A stretch of DNA of 64,000 bases. Origin: Octopus sinensis (Eukaryota). Every line of letters starts with the position of its first letter. The stretch's first letter is position 1. This document shows positions 52,970 to 64,000 of the stretch, in pieces. The position numbers and the translations under genes were made by a program. A model generated the notes under the pieces. The model saw nothing but the letters and a program-made list of their open reading frames with translations. It was not told the origin of the DNA and searched no databases. The stretch covers positions 6,820,001 to 6,884,000 of the forward strand of contig NC_042997.1 in NCBI RefSeq assembly GCF_006345805.1. The letters run 5' to 3'.

Positions 52970-55900
52970 ATATATATATATATCACTTTCTCTCTTCCTC
53001 TCCCCATGTGTCTGTGTTTGAAATGTACTGTAGCATAAATGTATCATTTTTTATCTATATAATGAGTGACATATATTTCCTTTGCGTTCATTTATTCTTT
53101 CATACAGAAATGTTTCTAAAATCGTAATTAACCTTCCTAACGTTTCTTTATCTGAACCTACGAAACTATGAATTAATCTAACTGATTTGCTGATAAAATA
53201 ATATGCAGAATCAATTTACTTTGTATTTACATCACCAGCGAAGTCTGAGACCTTTTATATTCGCTGAAAATTCTAATATCAGTTAAATCACGCATAAGAC
53301 TCAACAAAAGTAGCTGGAGTTGAATTCTATTATAGTAACTTAGAAGTTAAATTGCACTCAGTGACGCATATTTATATATGTTCAGTATTTAGTAACATAA
53401 TTTAACTTTTTTTTTTAATTTGGTAAAATATCCGGAATTCAATAAAAAGAATGTGTTGGATGGATTACGGTAATTCTAGAGAATGGAAGAGAGCAAACAA
53501 TGCTGCACATTATATAATATCGATTAAGAGTTTCCCTGTGTACATTCGTAGAATATACCATGCAGGTTTTTGTCTTGAGTATTCGGCAAAATATATTTCA
53601 AAACAAGTGCTGATATCGAATTAAAACCGGTGTATAATATTTTATTGTTTTAAATACATAACGGAATGTTTGACGTATGAAAGCATTGGCATATTATCCT
53701 AATATATGATAAATTGATCACATATAACGTTGCAATCGCAATGGCTAAGCTTATTGCCATCTAGCTTACTTCCTCTTCGTTGTATTTCGGAAATTATCTT
53801 TCCTCAGTTTACTCGAATACTGTAATATGTTCTGATGTCCATAGATTCGAAAGAAAAAGAATGAATTCTTGTATTTTATAATAATTAAAACCTTACATAC
53901 TACATTTGTCGTCGCCCTATATTATGTGTACTTCGGTATATTAGTGATTCTGAAAATAATTCGGAACACACCCAGTAAAGGTTTTGACAAACCGTCGAAC
54001 GTATGCAAAAGGTATTGCTTTTTTTCTTTACTTACTGTTGATGTCATTTTAACTGTGTTCGTGACTATTACTTTTATTTAATCGGTCATGAACACACAAT
54101 TATATAATATATTCTTAAGAACCGTGGAGATGTGTTTGCTCTTTCTATTTCACTTTAGTTTACTTGACAAGTCAAGTGACAGTAACTGCTAGTGTGTGAT
54201 TCTCCTATTCCTTCTAAACACATTATTCTAGCCTTTCTGCAATCGCTGGTTTACAAATTTCAACTGCTAATTAGACAATATTATATGAAGAAATTATAGC
54301 CTTAAGGATGATAATGATGGCAAGTATAGGTGCATATCTCATTTCAAGTAAAATCATGATAGGAATATTTTCACTAATATTCATTCAAATAAAACGTTTC
54401 TTCATATGGATCATTAGGATAATAGGTCAATATTCTGCTCTCTTTACTCTTTGGTTGAACACAGTCACCTGTTTCAAGATAAAGGTTACCTACCTTTGCC
54501 TCGCTAAGCAAATACTAGTTTCTTCGTTTCAACCAAACAACTAATATAGACTATTCTGACAGATAACTTTAGTGATATAATCCTACCATAAAATACGGTC
54601 ATAGGACATTATATGCGGTGGTCATCGTTAAGATTAAAGCAAGGGTTAAAAGAAAAAGAAAAGAAATGAAATGGTATACAAGATCATTAAGGTCATCAGC
54701 AACAAGATCCTGAAGGTTAGTTGCAACAACAGCCGTCCAAGAATTTGGACCTGGAGATTTTCATTTCCAGCGACTTCGAGGGCCACCTCCCAGTGATGTC
54801 GGGCGTCAAAGAAGCGCCCTCGACTACAACAAGACGACCAAAGATTTTTTTCCAAGGTCTGCGGTCTCCTGCACCTAAGCCCTAGACCATCACCTAATCA
54901 CCCTCACCCGTCTTTTTGCTTAACAACAACAACAACACAACAACAACAACAACAACAACAGCAGCAGCAGCACCAAGAAAAGCGCATCAAAATTAGTAGC
55001 GACAATAACATTAATTCCAACGACGACAACGACAACGATGAACACCAACAGGGAACAAACTAACAATAGTCACATCATTTGCACAGCATCTCTTTAGGAT
55101 ACAAACGTGGCAAACAGAATGATACTGATGAATTTAAAGAAATTGAAGGAAGAACAGTTCTTTTAACTACCACGACGTGCCACTTCAGAATTGAATCACT
55201 GGTGGATCCTGTGATATATAGATGTGCGTGCATGTGTGAGTATACATATGCACATATATGTTTATTTATATACTCATGTATATACGCTCATATATTTAAT
55301 CGTTATACAAATGTCTACTGTTTCCTGACTACTCTCAGGTGAGATTTATATCTACATTCTCGGTACAGTACTTAATGCTTATTTCAAAGCTAGCATATGA
55401 TTAATATTTTATTTTATTAAAGAGTATATTACACTTTACAGAGATGTACTTCCATAAGCCATTTAAGAAACACACAAAAACTGTTAGATTCCCTTCAACA
55501 TTTAAACTTAATTTTCTCAGATGCAGGACAGAATTTTGTCAGTGGTCAGGGTCTCAAAGTGGTGAAAATATTTTCCCAAATTAAATTTAATTACACGCTG
55601 CAATTATATTACATATATTTTCGAGAAAATATTAACTGAGCTGACTTTGTAAACCGAGAGCTATGTTATAGATTCATTTTGCCTACTGCTTTTCATGTAG
55701 AAATCTTCCTCGGTTCCGATGGAGATTGTTATAAGTGCAGTTCAAACATGAATACTTCCGTATATGTCGAGGAAGTGTCCCGCATTTTTAGCTAAAACTG
55801 CTTATGTTTATTTATATGATGTTGTCGATGTTATTGTTGTTGCACTGATACTGTTTATAGCGACTCAATATTACTGGAACCCCGCAGGTTTTGCAAGAAA

Positions 55901-56756
55901 AATATAGATTTTTAAATACAATCGCTCGGCGTATCGCGGTTCACCTATTGCAGTTTAGTATTTAAGCTTCGTCGATTCCTCTGTGGTATTGTATTGCATT
56001 TATAATAAAATAAATATATACAAATCATACGAATAATTTTAAAAATATACAGTAAATTACTGTTTCTACTTCGCGGACTTTCACATATGGTGGGGTGGGG
56101 GAAAATATTAACACTCGCGATTGTCGAGGTATTACTGTAAATACAATTTCATTCGATTGTTATAAAAAATGTTTCTTCACACAGCACATTATCTCTTTTA
56201 GCAAACTGAAAAATCAACCAACGAAACAATCACAATCGGATAGCATCAATCTTCGAATTAGAATAGCTACAAGAACAAATAAAACATGTTTTGATGTGGA
56301 AAAATAAAAAAAATTAATAAAAACATAAAAAACATAAACACATAAAATTGTAACAGACAGATGGTCGACAATACATATCAAAGGGTAATGTTGATTTGAA
56401 TCAATACTAATCAGATATTGATACGTATTTTGTTCGGTACGAAATTAACAGCCCTTTGTAGGCAATCATTTTCTATGGAGACCTATTTTTCTAGGTCAAG
56501 CAACTTCTCTTGTTTAAATAGTACTACAAATAATGAAATAATGCCTCTTTCTGTTGAAACTTGGAGTAGGTCACTTTGAATTCACCCGCATTATATCATT
56601 ACCTAAAGATTATATAGCTTCAGATGGGTTAATATAGATTCATTGAGGATATATGCAGGTGTACGTATATATGAATGTATACACAGATAAATAAATAGAA
56701 AATATATATGTATAAATATTTATATACACGAACACACACACACACACATATATATA

Positions 56757-56819
<63 letters not shown>

Positions 56820-56914
56820 CATACTTGGAAATTGATGCATGGCGTTCAGTCACATAATATGAATAATATATATATATATATACACATACGTGCATACATA
56901 CATATACACTTATA

Positions 56915-57008
<94 letters not shown>

Positions 57009-57062
57009 AATACATATACACACACATATATATATAACATATATATGTGTGTGTGTGTGTGT

Positions 57063-58052
57063 GTATACACATGCATATTTGGTTACATGACGTCAAAAGA
57101 CAAAAACAACATGAAAACGAAAACAAATGGGAAAACAAGACAAGCAAAATAAGGAACAGACCCTTCATCAGTTGTCCAGTAATTTGTCTATTCTATATTT
57201 GGAGAATTAGAATAAGATGAGTCTTCGTGAAAACAGTTGCTCCGGCAAAGTAAATTAAATAAAATTTGGGATTTGCGGAGGGTAACAAAAACAGGAGTGT
57301 GAAAATAAACGGTAAGGGTTGATAAGCCATAGCGAGGTGAAGTGGTGAACACTGAAGAAACAAGATTTAACCGGAGACGGACAAAAATGCGTGCAATCCC
57401 TGTAGCTGAACAAGGAACCATTTCTTAGTATGTGTTATCTTAATAATTCTAATGCGACACTATTCTATCACTATTTATATTTACCTCCTTTTCATCTTTC
57501 AATATTATTTTTATCGCCCCTTTTTCTTCTATCATCCCGCCTCTAAATCTTCTCATCCCCATTCACCTTTCTGTATCTGTCTCTCTCTCCGTCCCTCACT
57601 TCCTCCCTGGCTCTCTCGCTGACACACGTGGCCAGCGACTATTTTTCCTTTTCTAACTCGTTCAGCGAAAGGGATAGCATGTAGTTTTGTCTGTCTCCTG
57701 TCAAAGATTTTTCTCCCGCATTCAACACTACACCTCGTTATGGCCTTACAGCCATTACCGTTTGTTTTCACTGTCCTGCTTTTTTACCAACTTTGACCCT
57801 CCGCAAATACCAAAGTTTATTTAATTTGCTTTGCGGGAGCAACTATTTTGATGAAGACACATCTTATACTAATGCTCGAAATGCGGAGTGGATAAAACAG
57901 TGGACAACTGATAAAGGAATTGTTCTTTACATTGCCTATCTTGGTTTTCAATTTGTTTCTTTACTTGTTCGCAAAAAGGGCTGTTTTCCATGTACTCGTA
58001 TTTCATATTGTTTACAATTTTTGACGTCCGTTACCCATATATGCATGTGTAT

Positions 58053-58053
<1 letters not shown>
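57063..58053. mobile_element. Older inverted-repeat element (arms ~350 and ~390 bp), PLE inverted-pLTR-like
   Basis: Reverse complement of 57063-57411 aligns with 57660-58053 (shared 'accctccgcaaat', 'ggagcaact', 'ggacaactgat', 'tttgacgtc...atatgcatgtgtata'), roughly three-quarters identical by eye; both outer ends abut TA/TG microsatellites. Confidence 0.75.
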
Positions 58054-58104
<51 letters not shown>

Positions 58105-61100
58105 ACATGTACGTATATATGCATATACATTATTTATATTATATATACATACACACATACATATTTTTTGATAGATATCACGATACACACACTCACACGC
58201 ATGCGCACATGCAAACACACACACACACATGCACATAAGTAATATTTTCCATGTCATTTTTTCGCTATATTTTCAGAAGCAATACACTCATGTATCACAA
58301 AGTTGCATTCGCGAACTTTAGTCATGTTTGATTGCAATCGTTCAAAAACTAAGTCGTTCATAAACGGTCTACCCACTTCAAAAAGAAAGACATTCCGGTA
58401 TGGATGAATTGATCACAACTGAATAAACTCTGCCGTTCAACATAAGGCATATGCATCTATATCGAAACAGAAACTAGTTCACAGGAGTATAAGAGGCTCA
58501 ACTGTGTTGAACCTCTAATCTACTGTAGATTAAAACAACGCGTATTTCGGTGATTAGAGGTAGTTGGAAATTACCTTCCAGTCGCATATGTGTGTGCAGA
58601 TCGGGTGCTAACCAAGAAATATCAATACCCTTCTCTATTAATAATATTACAATAGAATTATTTTCCATAATGGCATTGTTTGAAGAATGTATGTTTCAGA
58701 ATATAGATAGACAATAATCTCAGTCAAATAGATGTTTAGTAAAGCCGAATAATATGTTTTTATATATTGTATACATTTGTCCCATGCTTGGAAGCATACT
58801 CTGCTTACGATCCAATTTTCACATTGGGCAATACTTAAGTCAAAGAGTTTACAATAGGTTTTAGAGTATGCCAGCATGGAAAATGTTTCAATACCACCCG
58901 GTAGTCGGGTTGATTTAAGTGTACGTATATTATTTTCCCATCGAAAAGTGCTGGTGAACTTGTAACTCACGAGACGGTACGAGACAAGGAATAGTATTGC
59001 ACAGTTACGTATTTGAACACCAGACATAAACGGAAAGAAAATCTGGGATATATGGAAGTTGATCGGAATTAAATGGTAAGCGAGTACCCTAAATATGGTA
59101 TTGGTTTCTAGTATTAGCAAGAATTTAACAATTGGGTGGTGTGTATCGACAAAGTCTCGATTGCACCAATTTATGGTTAAATAAATTTCCTTATATATAT
59201 TTATATATATATATATATATATTAAGAGTAACGAAAATCTCGAATAAGTTTGTAATTTATGTTACAAGATACGATGTCATCATATCCAACAATAACATGA
59301 TTGCTCAAGCAAAAATAACAAAGACTGGCACATGAAAGTGACGTTGTGACCAAATCTACAAATTAAACAAAAACGATAACTACGTTAGACTGTAGTTCTT
59401 AAGTCTTTCCTGTCGCATGAACCTGGAGGAAGGAAAACGTAAGTCGACTTAGAATGGAAAGTACTTAGATAACAGTTATTGTTTAAAGGTACTATTTACG
59501 GATGCTCCACTATTTTATCATCTACTTCACTATTACGAGAAGAAAAATGCGTGAAATATTTGGAGAAAGGCAGCAATTTTGATGGGAAGAGTTTATCGAT
59601 TTACTTCGACACCAAAACTTGATTGATATTTTATTTTATTGACCGAAGCGGAATGAATGACAGCGTGGAGTGGATCACTGCTGGATTTGAACTACAAACA
59701 TGAAATAAATGCAGCAACAAATAGCTCAAGGCAATTTGTCCAACAGTGTATTGATTGTGCCATTTATTTCCTTTATTTGGGAATTAAAATAAAAGAAAAT
59801 AATGATAATAATACCTTGGGCAATTACCTAATTTACTGAAGAAAACCAATAATCTGTAAGCACAGTCAAACGTAAATGGAACGGTAAGAAGAAAAAAGCA
59901 AACAGAAAAATCGAATCAACTGATAATAATATGATTATAGAGACATTCTACAAAGCTCACCAAGTGTAGTGTGACAGAGTGCATGAGTGAAAGAGAAAAC
60001 AAACAAAATATCGATAGCTCAAAGGAGATAAATATATTATCATCATAACTGCTGGGAGATATAGAAGTCACCAGCAGTAGCAGTTGCATCGCTTGCTGTT
60101 ATAGCGTAAACGGCTGTAGCACGGTATTAAGTCGCTAGTTGTTTAAAGTGTAGCTAGCACCAGCATAATAGACAGTGTACAAGTAGAAACCGTGTGCGTT
60201 TGTGAATGTCTGTGTTTGTATTTGTGTGTGCGTGAACATGTGTGTGTGTATGCACATATATGTATAAATGATATATATATATATATATATAGACAGAGAG
60301 TAAGAGAGGGTGAGAGAGATAGGCAATTAAAGGTACATCAAATATTTTGCAATCTAAAGTATTGATAATCAAAATTATCTTCAAGAGTATTTGTCACAGT
60401 TACCAGATGGTTTTTGTGACCAGCCCCATATAAGGAAGGGAGAAAATTTTTGAGATTATAAACCGAAAATTCTCGAAGGTAGACCGGCCCTTAAGGAAAA
60501 AGACAGCATTATTTTCTGCGGGGAAGGATAGTTGTTGACACAGTGTACTCTGTTAAAATTTCGTCATATTACACATAAGCTCATATTCCAGAATCGATAA
60601 ATAATTTAAATTCTAGTGCTTGTGTCAATTCTTCCCACCCTTTAAGTGTTTCCGTCTGTCTGGCCTTTTTTCTGGTAGAAATCGAATGCGGTCAGATATG
60701 GAAAAAGATGGCTTCTGTTTCGGCAACAGATGATTGTCGCAGCCACAAATTTAGGAAGGATTTGAGAGCCTAAGCAAGACATATGTTCACACATCCCTGC
60801 ACGCACGTATGCACGTACGTACGCATGCACGCAGACACATATATACGCACACGCTTGCGCACACAAACAAACACACATGCAAACACAGATTTTAGTATAT
60901 GAGTGCGTATCAGTGTGCATCAACCTATGAATATATATGTATACATAACTGTGTTAGTGTGACTGTATGCATGAGTTTGTGTTTGTGTGGGTTCTTGTGT
61001 GTGTACATATGTGTATATATGTTTGTGATTATGTGTGTGTGTGTGTGTGTGTACGTGTGTGTGTAGGCACCACACCTTCCCGTTTCCATTCTCAAATATT

Positions 61101-61791
61101 TCATTAGCTTATCAGATGCATTGAAGCTATACGAATTCCTTGTTATCCTTCAAACGTGTGTGGCGATAATAATTTAGAGATAGCTGTCAACAAATACTAA
61201 AATTTAGGCCTTACTCGATCGAACGAAATTTCCTTTTGTATAATTTTAAAATGATAACGGAAGCGATATCTTGAGCTGTCTGCTCAGTTTCGTCATTTCA
61301 TTAATATGCGTATGTTAAGATTGCAGTATCAATGGCATTAATCTCTTTGTCAAAAACTGAACAAAGAGCGTGAATACCCACCCACCAGTTTTAGTCCTGG
61401 GCATTTCGTCTGCCTTATAGTTGCGAGCCTATAGCAGAGTATATGAAATTTCTCAGCATCAAAATGCATACTGCTGTCTTAACATCTGAAGAGATATTAT
61501 ATTTAGAGGTTTCTCCTTGTTTGAGGTAACAAATTAGTACTGCTTAATGCATAGAAAGCATGGCGTCTACGATGGATTACCGGTTAAATAGTGGCACTTC
61601 TGGAAAAAAAACTTTACAAAGCATAGGTTTTCATCAAATTTGCAAAAGGAAGTGATATCTGATTTTTTTCCTTGTTTGCAACGATGTTTTATTCTACTTT
61701 TAAAGTATGCGAATAGTTTCTTAGTCTCCAACAATAACGTGGTTGCTAACCTTCTGATATTATTTTGTGACTAGTCTGTCAAATTTCAATC

Positions 61792-62170
61792 TTTTATCGT
61801 TTACTTGTTTCAGCCATTCAGTAAGACTTCAGCCATGTTGGAGCGTGGCTTCAATCATATTTAGTCATATGAATAGGTTCCAGTAGATCTCTTTACAATC
61901 CAGTACCTATGCTATCAGTTTCTTTTGCCGAACTGTTAAGTTACGATGACATGAACACACCTGCACATACGCATACACACACACACAAGCACGCGAGCGC
62001 TCGCACACATATACACGGCATGATACTTTCAGTTTCCCTGCACTAGGTCCACTCACACCTCTTTAGTCGTCCTGAATCTTTAGTAGAACACACTTGCCCA
62101 AGGTGACAGGCAGTGGGGCAGGATCCAGAACTATTTTGAGAATATAAAATTCTTGCTACTAAAATAGAGA
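61792..62170 (-). mobile_element. SINE family A, diverged
   Basis: 'tttacttgtttcagccatt...cttttgccgaactgttaagttacg...acacttgcccaaggtg'. Confidence 0.7.
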
Positions 62171-62756
62171 CAATTAGATACTTATCGTTGAATAACTGTT
62201 AAAATATCCAACAACGCTGATGTTGAGCATGTGCAACTTCTTTCCCCGCAGAAATCCTGCAGCGTTTTAGTGAGCAAATCACTATGTTAGGTAAACGTGA
62301 AATTTGGGCTGTAATATTGTGTCCAATAGTTTTACAGATACACCATAACAATTACATAAGCGTCTAATTTTCAGCAAGAATCCTGACAATTATCTCTTAT
62401 TATAAAAGTCTACACATAAAGCTCAAGGACTAGATTTTTAACTATTGTTGGTATTCATGTTCGAAAGGCAAAAAGACTAAAATAACGGAAACAGTTTAGA
62501 AAAGACTACTTACAAGTTTCCCATGGACATTTTGGGAATAAATTTTAAACTTTAACCTTGTGGGAGCTCATGTCATCTGCAGCAGTTTTAAAACTATTTA
62601 AATTTGTATAGGAACATTAAATGTTTGCAGATGTTCTTGACGAATATTTAAGCTTGAATAATAATAATGAAAAAAAAACTGATTAAATTATTTGCATGTC
62701 ACATTAGGAAAACAATATATATTTGCAAATATCTATGAATATTTAAGTTACGGCGT

Positions 62757-62972
62757 AAGGTGGCGAGATACCACAATCATTAGCAAGCCTAGAAAAAACA
62801 CTTAGCGGCATTTCGTTCATCTTTACATTCTCAGATCCGTTTCGCCGAGGTCGAGAAGCTTTCTCGTCTTTTCGGTGCCGATAAAATAATTACCAGTTGA
62901 AGACAGGAGTCGATGTAATCTACTAAGTCTCCTACTCCAAAAGTGCTGGCGTTGTGCTTAAATTTCGAAACT
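62757..62972 (+). mobile_element. SINE family B, diverged
   Basis: 'cacttagcggcatttcg...cgccgaggtcga...cttttcggtgccgataaaataattaccag'. Confidence 0.7.
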
Positions 62973-63254
62973 GATTTGGTACGCTACGATTTAATGGCTT
63001 TAGGTACGCAGTATTTCGCTATGCAACCATAATGTATTATAAAGTTTATAAAACGTTTTTTTTTATAATCAAACAACACTTTCTAATGCGTTAGGAGTGT
63101 GCTTTTAGATTACTTCTATAATCATAGGAGTTATAGCCAGCACCTGAATTTTGCTATGACGTTTCATATACGAAAATTCAGATGTAAAAAAACAATAAGA
63201 TCGAAGATGAAAAACTGTAATAGGAGTATATGACATTTATTCATATATTCATTT

Positions 63255-63615
63255 CATTCATTTGACTGTGGTCATGCTGGAGCACCGCCTTTAGTCGAGG
63301 AAATTGACCCCAGGACTTATTTGTAAACCTAATACTTATTTTATCAGTCTCTTTTGTCGAACCGCTAAGTTACGGGGACGTAAACACACCAGCATCAGTG
63401 TTCAAGCGATGTTGGAGGAGGGGGGCAAATACAACACACAAACATACACATATACGACGGGCTTCTTTCCGTTTCCGTCTACCAAATCCATCCACAAGGC
63501 TTTGGTCGGCCCGAGGATATAGCAAACGACAGTAGCCTAAGATGCCACGCAGTGGGACTGAACCCGGAACCATGTGGTTCGTAAGCAAGCTACTTATCAC
63601 ACAGCCATGCAACTC
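63255..63615 (-). mobile_element. SINE family A, full length
   Basis: Colinear with 4193-4604 and 23236-23602. Confidence 0.9.
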
Positions 63616-64000
63616 TTTAATCATGCTCCAACCCATTGCTCAAATAGCCACTATATACAGCTGTGTTTGGTTATTGGATATGCCAGTTTATATATTACAC
63701 ACATTCCTGGAAGATGGTAGGTAAATACTTGTAGGTTGGCAGAGTTTCGTTCACTATACCCAGCAACTTTTCGCTGTTCACGCCACCAAAAAGGAACGAT
63801 ATTATCGTTAAAGGCGTGAAATTTTAATGATTCTGTGGATGATAACTGAGAGAAAAGAGTATGCCCATGTCTTGTGTGCGAAGTTTCCATTCGTACCTTT
63901 GTCGTTCACCTGTTTAATCTTTGAATCTTATTATAGATACATATGTCTCTCCAATCATATTCTCATATTTGTTCTCGTGAATGTGAAACTTTATAGGCAA

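Noticed and set aside
54646-54855. Minus-strand ORF with a hydrophobic Leu-rich tail
   Set aside because: Leu/Met runs are the antisense reading of the CAA/CAT-rich plus strand.
58647-59120. 157-aa non-repetitive minus-strand ORF
   Set aside because: No recognisable motif, composition typical of random AT-rich DNA, no splice context; a BLASTP or expression hit would be needed.

Overview
Eukaryotic, AT-rich and repeat-saturated DNA with no convincing host protein-coding exon. It is probably a large intron or an intergenic stretch. The SINE families, very dense (TA)n/(ATT)n/(TATC)n/(TATG)n microsatellites and transposon fossils look like Octopus/coleoid cephalopod DNA; this is recognition from memory, not a database search. 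Contents: about 30 tRNA-derived SINE copies of at least four families, two internally deleted Tc1/mariner elements, several decayed R4/Dong-like non-LTR (RT + restriction-like endonuclease) fragments next to (ATT)n arrays, a CR1-type LINE 3' fragment, Penelope-like (PLE) remnants, three MITE-like foldback elements and a ~545-bp tandem duplication. Almost every ORF in the supplied track is a microsatellite artefact. The most notable item is a young ~980-bp element (11101-12079) with ~205-bp near-identical inverted arms. Each arm carries a complete type I hammerhead-ribozyme motif with a palindromic stem III (ACACGTGT), the form described in PLE repeats. An older element with the same inverted architecture lies at 57063-58053, and a core-mutated minimal hammerhead lies at 42136-42170. 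All alignments and folds were done by eye.
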